The notes beneath the pieces were generated by a model. It made no database searches, was not told the DNA's origin, and saw only the letters and a list, made by a program, of their open reading frames with translations. 64,000 nt of DNA from Oopsacas minuta (Eukaryota; Animalia; Porifera). The number at the start of each line of letters is the position of its first letter. Position 1 is the first letter of the stretch. The position numbers were made by a program, and so were the translations under genes. Below, in pieces: positions 14,201 to 38,100 of the stretch. The DNA is taken from positions 77,289 to 141,288 of the forward strand of contig JAKMXF010000361.1 in assembly GCA_024704765.1 (NCBI GenBank), given 5' to 3'.

Positions 14201-14272
14201 GAGTAGCCAGTCCATCTCCTCGATAGCCTGAACGATCTCTGGTATAACTCCGAATTGTGAAAATGCACTCAT
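11261..14272 (-). CDS. DDX1: DEAD-box helicase DDX1, 3 exons, about 730 aa
   Basis: Exons 14272-13124, 12726-12426, 12003-11261. [53 protein letters not shown]; SPRY insert; DEAD in LVLDEADG; SAT; [13 protein letters not shown]; C-terminal [12 protein letters not shown] typical of DDX1. Confidence 0.96.
12052..12285. mobile_element. hAT-type MITE in DDX1 intron 2
   Basis: TIRs CAAGGTTGGAACCG / CGGTTTCAACCTTG; 8-bp flanks TAATACAG and TAATACAA (7/8 TSD). A related left end CAAGGTTGAAACCG occurs at 57630. Confidence 0.75.
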
Positions 14273-14683
14273 CACTTCCTAACCTGCTATTATAATCATA
14301 TAGTATAAAATCGATGAAGCGCATGCACCTCGTTGATTTTAATAGCTCACTATAATATACGAATTTTGTATAACTAATGAAGGGTGAAAATATAAGAGGT
14401 AGTAAATTAGAAAAGTTACTTGCGAACAGAACCATTTGGCCTTGGATTAGAATCTATTATAGTTAATAAAGAGACAGATCGGGGGTCTTAAAACAATAGT
14501 AAATAGGTTCCAAAAATTTTATTGAATTCTAAACACGATAAACAAATAGTAATACCTACAACGAATCTGAATTGTAAATATTAATTTCAAAATAGCATAC
14601 CATAGAAAATATATTCTTATAAAATATCAAATAGAAATTTTACATCAATAAAACAGTTTCATTACTTTGTCCTGGAAAACAGA

Positions 14684-17600
14684 TTAAGATCGAGCTGCGT
14701 TAGTCAGGGCAACATCTAGATCCTGAATGAGATCACTTACCTCCTCTAGACCTAATAATTAATTAACACATATTTACTAGTAATAATTATAAACACTCCA
14801 CAAGGGGTGATAATAGCAAAAACAGTCATATATATATATATATATACTCAGTTACTCACAAAATCAAGTTGATCAATTAGAGTACAGTAGAACCTCCCAA
14901 AGTGGGGTATCCGGGAAGTACTAACGAAATTCTGCAGCCCACTTTGGAAATACCTCATGCACCAATTCGGACATAATATATTTCAGCGGTTTTTCATACA
15001 TTTCAATAAGTGCTTTTTTAGATTGCATTTGAATATTATGACTACCGAGCAAAACCCAATTGATTTTAAAGAGAAAGTGGAAATAGCGAAAGTTCTAACA
15101 AAAGCAATGACCCAGCAAGGTGTTGACAAGAAGTACAAGACCTAAAAGGCACTGTTTCCCGTATTAGTAAGGTAAGGAACGATGGGTAGCTATTAATTCT
15201 GAAACTCCTGACAGAAGGGGTTGATACAGGAATTTATAGCTCGACACTTTTGGACAGTAACAAACTGATCCTGTACAAATTTGGGTCAACCCCACTTTGG
15301 GTTGCACCCTACTTTTGTCATCTCACTTTCTGAATTTCCACTTAATATCTACCCCACTTTGGGAGTTTCAATTTAAAATTTTGTATACAACTATACACAA
15401 AATTCCTGCAGAGCACCCCCATTCCCACTTCTGACAAATTCTCCACTTTGGAAGGTTGGTTTAGCTGAGGTTTCCATGCACACCCCTTTATACACCCACA
15501 CTTTGGGAGGTTGATTTAGCTGTGGTTGGCCATACACACCCCCACTTTTGAGATTCTACAGAACGTAGTTAACAATACAAACCTATTGACAATCTAACGA
15601 GATTGCCAGTAATTCCTAACTTCAGCTTTACATCTACTGGAAAATATGCGTGAGTCGTAATACTAGGAATACATGCCACACTCTCACAACCTCCCAAACT
15701 AGATGCAGAAAGAATTACTTTCAAACTCTTCAGAAATATCTTAGCAGTATCGATTGTTCCTTTCAACCTAGAATATGATGTTTGTAGAATCTGTAGATTA
15801 GTAGCGGAATGTCACGCTGATAGCAAAATAAATAGAAATATTGTAGTATGTACAGTAGTGGAGCTTCTGAGGATAGTCTAGCATTGTGGATTGGTTAATT
15901 TGACCGATTGGCCAAACTTATTTACTTTTATCGGTTAAAGAATTAACATACAACAGCTTTGTATTCATGCAATGTCATAGATTGCTGATTTAATATTAAT
16001 GGGAATTATAGGCTTTATAGCATAATTAGATACCGGTTTTTATGAATAAATATTATGAGTTATAACCAGTGGCGTCGTATTATATGTGCCTGGAGGGCCG
16101 GGACCCCCCAAATATTATCCTAATTCCCACATCATTGCTCCAAGAGACCAGAAATGGCAACTTTCTGTGCTACTGTAATTGCAAATCAAACGTTATTTCT
16201 TGCGATGGGTTTCACTCCTGAACCTTTCTGATTGTTTAAAGCGCCCAGAGACTCTCATACAGAACTTGTTGCACAATAGATTGAATTTGTGCCCCTCAGA
16301 TTTCAAAGCCACACGACGCCACTGGTTATAACCGATATAAATATGAACTAAACTACTATATCAGAACCGTTGACCAGAAGATTATTCTATACTATAATTA
16401 TTCATTACTATTACTATATCTGATGATCTTATCACTGCATTTTCTACGAATGACAAATTCGAGGTAAATGCTTAGGCAATTAAATCGCATACCTGAAAGT
16501 AACAATACCAGAAAATCCATAACACTGTTTCTTAGCCAGCTCGTGCTGGGGATGAGAAGGAAGACCAGGATACAATACTAAATCCACTTCTTTGTGAGAT
16601 TCCAAGAAATTAGCAACAGCTAGTGCGTTACGTTGATGCTCACGCATCCTCAGGTGTAGTGTCTTTAGTCCTCTGATCATCAGGTAGCAGTCAAATGGAG
16701 TAGATACTGACCCTAAAGAAATGTTAGAATAAGCTTTACGCATGCATAATCACTAAAACTCGAAAAGGAAAGCATCCAATAAAGAAAAGGGTTTGTCTAA
16801 CCAGCAACTTAGGTTGTTGACTGGTTTCTAACAACCTAGGAGGAGGACTTTGTATATAGTAAACTAGGAAAGACATATAATTCAATTATTCTTCTTTTTA
16901 TATCTCAAATAGAGTTATTGTAATTGTATATGTCAATCAACATATATAATAGCGAAAGAATGTCCATATACGTGGATTCATAATAATGACCCTGACTTTG
17001 TGTTTTGTAGATGATCCTATTGCGATTGGAAAAATATTTTCATTTATTTTCGTTCTAAACCACTTTTTGGTCAATTTTCGCTACCGAAATACAGCCTTGA
17101 AAATATATGCCTTTTATATCAAATTGACCTAGAGCTTCATCCAACGTGCTGCAGGCAAACAAGAAGAAAAGTTACTTACCATTGCCGACACTCTAGTCAC
17201 AGAGGGATAGGTCTAAGCATCGCGATGCTTTCCTCGAGGTCTCACTGGTCTCACCTACAGGGCGTATGAATAGGTGAGACCAGTGAGGCCATGGCACGAC
17301 TAAAATTTATAGTAGACTTCCCCGCTCCCAATATTTATGAATGATGATTAGAGTGTGTTTACTGTGCCTCATGGGGCACGGATACAATGGGTCAGATGGG
17401 TCATGAGTCACCAATGGTCCACTCTGTTCCACAAGCAAGCCAAATTTCAAGTTTGTAGTACTTATCAGTTATTTAATATATATTCGAAAAAATAATTTTA
17501 ATATAACACACAAGTGCAATCACAACACTCAAATTGATCCATATAGGAGAATAATCATAAAACGAGAAAAGTCTTACCAACAGACATCTGTATAGACTTG

Positions 17601-19501
17601 AACTTGTCTGCTAGATCATGTCGGTTGGTTACGAGACAGCCCATCAATACATCAGAATGCCCACCCATATACTTGCTAAGAGATTGCATAGTGACGTCAG
17701 CTCCCAAACACAGAGGCTGCTGGAAGTAACTGGACATGAATGTGTTATCTACTACCACTACTGGGTTGCTAGGATAAGACTTAGCTATGCGAGCTAAAGC
17801 AGCTATGTCAATTATCGTCAACATAGGATTAGTAGGACACTCCAACCAAACTAGGCTCGTCTCTGGCGTCAGGGCTATATAAGATCGTTAATCATTAAGA
17901 AATACAGGTGGCCAATTCTGTGTTCACGATGCCTGAAATGATACAACCAGTTTGTCAAGATTGTATATCAGGGTGATGCAGTTGGAGTCTAATCTCTATG
18001 TTATGATAATTTGAATTACACACAGTATTCCCCAAATATGACATATGAACATGGACAAAACATGTGAAATGATGAAAAATTATTTCTGCCCTCAGGCATA
18101 CAAAAATAGCCAAAAACATAACCATGGCATAGACATCGCATATAGTTAATAGTGAGTATATACCATTAGGAGTTTAGTACATCTAGCAACATAAGAGTGT
18201 ATCATAATTAATATTATCTCAGTGGTTACAGTGTGTATTTAATCCAAGTTGGTGGGATGAAATTCTCCTGACAAAATCACTTTTCAAATAGATTTATATA
18301 AATAACCTACTAACCAGCTTTGAAGGTGTCGAGATTTGTAACATCCACGAACTCAACACAAATTTTGTAATCTTTTGCATATTGACAGAGATAGCTAAAA
18401 TATTGATGAATGTACATATATATCAATCAGAATTAAATTAGATTGGTTGGAGTATAGGGGCGGATCCAGGGGGGATAGGGGGGATATACCCCCCACCAGA
18501 CTTGTTACTTCAATTATCCTGGAGATATATTTCTTGTATCCTGACCAATTGTTCAAAATCAATTAATTTGGTGCTTACATTTTTGAGTTATGAATAAAAT
18601 AGATTGTGTTAAACTGTTATTCGTGTATTCTTCCAAAACTGCCAACTTACTATTTATAAGAGGTTAAGAGTTTTTGCTTCCAGCACGACTATTATACCCT
18701 CCTACCAACATATTCTGGATCCGCCCCTGGGTAGACAGATACGGGAGATGCTCGATACATTGAGTGAGAGATTAGTTACTCAGATATTGCTTACCACCCG
18801 TAATAATATCACTGTAACACCACCTCTGAGGTAATACCTATAAGTCCCTCCATACACAGCATTCGTAGCAAGAACTCTGTCACCAGCATGAACAAGTGCA
18901 CTAACTGCAGTAGAAGTAGCAGACATTCCAGAAGAGAACACATAAGCGTGATTAGCATTCTCTAGCATAGCCAGACAAGTCTCTAGAGAATCGCGAGTTG
19001 GATTCTTCATACGTGTGTAAATGTATTCATCTTCATTGAATTCTACAAACAATAATACTTAAAATTATTAGTGAAGGGGGTGATACAATCATTATGAGCT
19101 ATCATACTTGTAGATTTTCTATAAAATCAATATAACCTTTCATTTAATGAGAAATAGCCCAGAAAAATGGCCAGGGTCTACAAATAGGGGGATTGATGCA
19201 TTTTTCTACAAGAATAGTGCAACGTTTACAAAACACCCTCTGTAGAGAAAAGTAGCACTAGCCTTGTAGAGAATTGTACTTCATACACATAAACCCAATA
19301 CATATACAAGTATTGACATGAATTGCTAAATCTCAATTCACCAGGATTATCTAACTTGAATATTGTAGAATTGATGATAGGTGGCATAATAGCCTTACTC
19401 TTCCACTGTTCAGGTTCATATCCAGCGTGAATAGCATTAGTACCAAAGTGCTTTATGTGTTCTGTTCCTTGAGTAGATTTATCTGGTAGCTTAGTAGACA
19501 T
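14684..19501 (-). CDS. CTH: Cystathionine gamma-lyase family PLP enzyme, 7 exons, about 404 aa
   Basis: Exons 19501-19342, 19042-18838, 18394-18315 (absent from ORF track), 17874-17578, 16712-16493, 15767-15583, 14751-14684, all phase-consistent. Motifs HFGTNAIHAG, YTRMKNPTR, VVDNTFMS, PLP-lysine motif SLSKYMGGHSD, YPGLPSHPQHELA, LVRLSIGLEE. Confidence 0.92.
14883..15562. mobile_element. Degenerate pogo-type MITE in CTH last intron
   Basis: Left end TACAGTAGAACCTCCCAAAGTGGG; many internal CCACTTTGGGAG copies; decayed right end CCCACTTTTGAGATTCTACAG. Confidence 0.5.
16067..16324. mobile_element. hAT-type MITE with perfect 8-bp TSD
   Basis: TIRs CAGTGGCGTCGT / ACGACGCCACTG; GTTATAAC duplicated on both sides (16059-16066 and 16325-16332). 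Confidence 0.85.
18455..18729. mobile_element. MITE (hAT-like) in CTH intron 2
   Basis: TIRs TAGGGGCGGATCCAG / CTGGATCCGCCCCTG; the same right end recurs at 52934-52948; no clean TSD. Confidence 0.65.
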
Positions 19502-20273
19502 AGCGGCAGCGTGGATACGGATATAGGCGATAGGAATGTGACTAATATTATAATATAAGGTGATAAAGCCACGAAATTGCACCCTAAACACTAATATTAA
19601 AGTAATTTCTGTTAAATATTGACGCAGATGTTTAGTTAAAGTTTGAAGACAAGCGTACCTTGAAAATTGCAAATTAAAAAGTGTATCGCAGAGATTTATG
19701 CTTGCAATTAGAAAAAGGTTGAGAAACACACAATGACTTCTTAAGCTAAACTAAATATTGAATCAATTATATTATTATAATGATCAAATAGAGCTGGAGT
19801 TTGTTGAAAGGTTAAACTTCGACCAGTAAAAGAGGTTAACTAGCTAATCGCCGATATTGTATCTATTCAACAAATGAGGTCTTATTTTATTAAAATCAAA
19901 ATTATATCCCTATAGCTATTAGATATGCAACTGTGATGCGATTATATCTTTGACAAAAGGATTGAAATTTAGAATAAGAACCTAAATGTAATATCGCACA
20001 ATACCTTTCTAGAAGAATCCTCCCCCTTACCAAACTATTAATTGAGATGGTAGGAGACAATTAAAATAACTGACTAGTACAGGTGAGTAGAATAATTTCA
20101 TGAATAATTTGATATAATAACAAAGCTAATGAAATTGCCTACCGTACTAAGAATAGAAAAGTCAAATAGCCTTGTGACCTGTAGCATTTATAGGTAGTTT
20201 GGTTCAATAGAAGGCTAATAAATACACAAAACACACTAAGCTATACAAATATCCACATCAGTTCATGTACAGA

Positions 20274-31913
<11,640 letters not shown>

Positions 31914-32192
31914 ACTTCCTAGTCTAACTTCTTATAATGTATAAACTATTATATCGCGTACAAATCTAAAATTAAAATAATCTTAAAGTGTATAATAGAG
32001 CTAGCATAGAGTCATTATTAAATATAAATAATATTAAAGAATTTAGTTAATGGAATTAAATATTGTAAGAAGTAATTAAACTGAAGATAAAATAAATATA
32101 AAATAAAAATATATTAAATAATTATTAAGTGTGTAAGATGAGTGCATTAGTAGAAAGCGTTTGTTATTCCATTGAATAAATAGTCAAATATT

Positions 32193-35100
32193 CTAAATTA
32201 AAGTTTCTTCTGATTCAATATCAATCAGTCCTGCAGCCTTCTTATAAACCTCAGTCTCTGCCGGACTGTACTCATTATATTTTCTAGACTTCCAATAACG
32301 ACAAGAATAATAGCAGGAAATGACAGCTATTAGGATAGCCAAAATAGCTATCAGAATTAAGCAAACTGAGAGTATTGATATTAGAATTACAGAAGTAGTG
32401 GTAATAGGGATATCGCATAGGGAGCCGGTATATCCATCTATACATTCACAGAGATAATGAGTAGAATTGAGATTACTGCAACCACCGTTTTGACACGGAT
32501 TTAAATAGCAGAAATCGGTCTTGTTACAAAATGTACCTCTCATACCGGGATTACACACACACGAGAATGTCCCACTATTCAAATCTTCACAAGTAGAATT
32601 CTCATGACATGTATGGTTATGACAAGCATCGATGTATTGGCAATATTCCCCCCTATATCCTAAATCACACTTACACATAGACTCATTATAAGTAATCTTC
32701 AGACAAGTACCATTATTACAATCTACCTCATCACAAGGATCAATTTCAAACTCACACATTACACCTGTATAACCAGGCTTACAGACACAAGAGTATGTAG
32801 TATTACCATCTACACATGAAGCATTGTTCTCACAAGAATTAGATATACAATTATCTAGTATTACATCACAATTGGTACCTGTGTAATCAAGGTAACATGA
32901 ACAGAAATAGTATGTACCACCCCCGTTACAAGTACCATTCTGACAAGGAGAGCTATCACACAGGTCCAATTCTGTTTCACATTGATCTCCAATGAATCCA
33001 TCAAAACATGTACAATCAAATCCGTTTACTCTATCAGTGCAATTACCATTCCCATTGCAAGAATCAAGCAAGCAATCGTTAATGTTCATTTCACAATCTT
33101 TCCCAGTGTAACCTACTTCACAAATACAATTGTAATCGCCGAATATTGGACTACAAGATCCTCTGATGCAAGGAGATGGTGAGGTGTTGCAATAGTTTAT
33201 TTCTGACTCACACTGATCGCCTGTGTATCCGGAATTACACACACAACTGAAGTCATTGAGGAGATCAAGACACTCCCCTCTCATGTTACAAGAGTTTTCC
33301 GTACAGTTAATTACGTCCATATCGCAATCGTTACCTGTGAACCCTACATCACAAGTACACATGTAGTTGTCAACTAGATCAGTACATGTTCCATTCACAC
33401 AGGGATCAGGAGAGCAATCATTGGTATTAATCTCACAAAACATACCAGTGTATCCAGGTTGACATTTACATCTGTAGCCATTAATTACATCCATACACTG
33501 TCCACCATTCATACATAGTACAGATTTGCATTCATCTATGTCTATTGTGCAGTTCCTTCCTGTGTAACCAGCAGCACACATACAAGAATAGTTCCCGTAG
33601 GTATTGGTACAATTACTCTGATTCTTACATGGATTAATTGATGACTCACACTCGTCTACATCTACTGTACAATTATTCCCTTTAAATCCTAATGTACAAT
33701 CACATGAATAACTCCCGTCATGGTTAGTACAATTTCCTTCATTCTGACAGGTATTATACAATGTACACTCATCCACGTCTACTGTACAATTATTCCCTGT
33801 GTAATTAGCAGGACAAATACACATGTAGTCACCTTCTGTATTCATACAAACACCTCCGTTCTCACAGGGCTCTGTATTGCATTCGTCTATGTCTATGGTA
33901 CAATTCGGACCTGTGTACCCAGAGAAACATTCACAGTAGTACGCACCCTGTGTGTCAGTACAGTTACCGAATAAACAAGGTTGTATAACTGTACACTCAT
34001 CAATATTAGAGTCACATAAGTCACCAGTATAACCAACATTACATACACAATTGAATGGAGTTGTTCCAATCATTTCACAAGTTCCGTTAAAACAGGGAAA
34101 AGCTTCACAAGGATTGACTAGATTATCACAATGCATTCCTGTGTAACTAGGAGTACATACACAAGTGTAATCGTTCACCCCGTCAATACAAGTACCGTTA
34201 TTCAAGCAGAGATCTAGATCACAATCGTCAATATTTATTTCGCAATTATTACCACTGAAACCATCCAAACATTCGCACAGCTTTTCAAAAATATCTGTTA
34301 ATGTATCTATACTACAAGTTCCGTTATTGTGACAAGGTTCTGCCTCACATAGGGTAAGTGAGCATGTAGGGGAAGTATATCCAGCTGTACAACTACAAGT
34401 ATACCCATCTGGTATTTCATTACATGTTCCTCCATTTTGACATGGAGAAGATTTGCAGGATTCAATTTCACAACTCTCTCCTTTATAAGTAGTGTTTGTA
34501 CACGTGCAATTAGCGTCTATAATTGTTGACAAGTTAGAGTACATAGGAACACACGTACCTCCGTTAAGACAAGAGCAATTGAAACAAACATCTAACAGAT
34601 CTAATCTCTCTATACTGCAGTTAGTACCATTATAGGAGCATGGACATTCACAATAGTATGAGTTTATACCGTCAATACAATTACCTCCATTCTGACAAGG
34701 ATTATGTATACAGTTATCTGTATTTATCTCGCACCTATTCCCTTCAAACCCTGTGTTACAATCACACATGTAACCAGGTGAGAGATTCATACAAGTCCCA
34801 TTCTCTGTACAGGGGAGCTGATCACACTCGTTAATATCCATATCACAGTAATCTCCTGTATACCCAGTAGAACAGTTACATAATACAGAAGAACTGTTAG
34901 ATATACATGTACCGTTATTACAGGGATCTATAGAACAGGGGTCTACTAATAACTGACAGAATGTACCAATCCTTCCTTCCTCACAAAATAATTCTCTGCC
35001 ATCATCTTCTACCAAATTATTTGATACGATATTGAAAATAGAATTATTATTACTGAATAGAGAGAATAGTGTATCCTGTACTATCAGTTGTCTTACTCCA

Positions 35101-38100
35101 CCAACATAACTATCTAATAGAACAAATAAATTAGATAATTACAGTAGAAACTCGTTAATAAGAAGAATACGGTTAATACGAACTAATACGATATCAGGTC
35201 TATAATGGATATCCAATAGGTATAACTCCGGTTAATAAGAACTCCAGATAAGGCGAACGACAAATTACTATAATAAAGGACTGAAGACTGCCAGCCTCAT
35301 AGCTTACTAGACATAAGACCTCACAGTAACTTGTGAATTTTGGACTAGGGATGTTGTTATCGGCCGAGGTATTTTTATGGGAGTTACAATATTGCAGAAA
35401 CGGAGCATTTTTGCCTGAATACGTTTGTAGAACAACAAATTTTCAAACATTATATGTTAAAAATTTCTTGAATATGCCATTCCACAAATATTTAGTAAGG
35501 CAATCAGCTATTCAACAATAATACATTTTCGTAGTCTAGCTTTAGCGGATTAGGAGATATCAGGAAAACATCATGGACCCAAGTTCCAGGAGCCGGCTTG
35601 GCAGCCTACAGTCCTTTATTATTGTAGTTTATGAGGGGAACAAATTTTGGCCGAGCACGTATTAACGAGGTTCCACTGTAACAGTTTACAATTCGTAGGT
35701 ATAATAGTCTACCTGCATTCATAATAGTACTATTAGCTCCAAGAAGTATATGTATAGAATAATTAGCATCTATTGGTAATGTGAAGTTGATCTTATCTGT
35801 AGTTTCATTCCCATCAATCCTGTATACAATCATATCAGTGTATAAACTCCAGCTGACTGAATGCAGTACTCCATTAGTTACATAATTGTCTGTACGTCGT
35901 GCAAAAAGAACTAGACATAACAACAGTTAATAAATAACCAATACAGTCAGCATATAAAAGGCAGACAATAAAAGATTTAATTAAGAAAAATGTGCAAAAT
36001 ATGGAGAGCTATGAAATATTATGCAGAATAGGGGAGGGTGCTCACGGAGTTGTATTCAAAGCTAAACATATTCAATCCGGCTACCACGTAGCCTTGAAGA
36101 AGATAGCCTTGAGGAAGATAGAGGATGGTATACCGAACAATATTCTTAGAGAAGTGAAGACATTAATGTCATTAGAAGAACACCCAAATATAGTACGGCT
36201 GTTTGAAGTGTTCCCACATGGTATGGGGTTTGTATTGGTATTTGAATTCATGCTCTCTGACCTATCCGAAGTATTACGTAATCACAGTATATTGCTATCA
36301 GAGGCTCAGATAAAGTGCTACATGTTGATGCTATTACAAGGAGTATCACATTGTCATAAACATAATATAATCCACAGAGACCTCAAGCCTGCTAACTTAC
36401 TGCTCAGTAGTTCTGGTCACCTTAAGATAGCAGACTTCGGTCTAGCACGTGTGCACTGTCTGGCAGAGGATAGACCTCAGTACAGTCACCAGGTAGCGAC
36501 CCGTTGGTACAGACCTCCTGAACTGCTCTATGGTGCTAGGGTGTATGATGAGGGGGTGGATCTATGGGGAGTGGGGTGTATCCTGGGAGAACTAATCAAC
36601 AGTTCTCCTCTGTTTCCTGGAGAAAATGATATCGATCAGCTGTGCTGTGTAACCAGGATATTGGGAACTCCGAACGAGCAAGTTTGGCCAGGGCTCTCAG
36701 ACCTACCGGACTATAAGAAGATTACATTTCCTGAGCTCCTTCCGATCCCACTCCACAAAATAGTCCCAGACGCTGCACCCCTTGCACTGGACCTCCTAGA
36801 AAGCTTCCTGGTATATGTGTCAAAGAGGAGACTCCCAGCTGTTAGAGCTTTGATCCATCCTTACTTCTTCTCCGAACCTATCCCAGCGCACCACACACAA
36901 CTCCCTTCACCTAGGACACTCCCCAAGAGGGATCTGTTCCAGATATTTAGCAGTGCTGAATTTGACCCCAGCCTCCTAATCCATCCCTCTAAGATCCCCT
37001 CTCATGTAATAGCAGTAACCACACCCACTCAAACACGAAAGATACCCAAGCAAATAACAAGCAAAAAGTCTACTACCGACAAGAATAGTAAATTCTAACA
37101 TGCACTTATATTATGTTACTATATTAATCGTAAAATATTTGTAATTCTAACAGGTTCACTCACTCTGATTATTCACTGATACTATCATTACAAGAAATCC
37201 TTCTTGTACATGGAAAATAACAATAAGAGATTCATTCCCTGTAATATAAATTGTAATCAGGAGTTGAGCTTCAAAGTCTCTTGTCCTGAAAGCAAAGCTT
37301 CCGCTAAACTTTGTTACAACAGGGAACATATCCAGACTTATGTAGACGTAAGAATCAGCTGAGAATAATGCAGGAATATCTAAAACAGAATATAGTACTA
37401 GTGATATACACAGGAAAAAGGACAACATACAAGGCCGTTGCAAGCAGATTAAAATTGGTCAGGTTAACTATACAAAATACATGGAGCTACCAAAAGTTGG
37501 TCCCGTTTACTAATTGAATTAGTAGTTCTGTTGTATGACAGTTTAACTACCTCTATTACCAGAACCATAGATATTTGAATTTTAGGACAGTATAACGGGA
37601 GCCCCAGTTTAACTACCCTAATTTTCTCGTATTATACTTACAATTACATATACACTTCAAAATATCATAAATACGAGCCGCTTCGCTTGCGAACATTATG
37701 TGTTCGTATGTAACTCGGCACTTCGTGCCTTGTCAAAATGGAAGATCATGTAATGAAATTCGGAATCAGCGTATCTTGTTTCCCGATTGCGGCTGTTAAG
37801 AGCAAGTCTCTACGTTTATTTTAAGATTTCAACTATTTGTTTAATTTATATTTGTTATGGGAAATGTTGGCGATGTACACAATATAGCTTCAATTATGCA
37901 TTAGTATGGGTTTAAGACGAACTACATGGCTCCTGATTATTCAATCCGTAGACTCCAGCACTATTCATTAATCATTTTACCCTAAAAACGTTCATTGTCA
38001 GACTGTATCAAAATTGTGAAAATTGGAAAAACACTTCCTTACGTCCTATGTGAAAATTTATGATATTTAAGTATAACATGTGAAAATTATGGTAGGTAAA

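Noticed and set aside
19226-19729. 167-aa ORF as the CTH N-terminus
   Set aside because: The track starts at a non-ATG codon; similarity begins after ATG 19501, and the reading continues via a splice donor at 19341.
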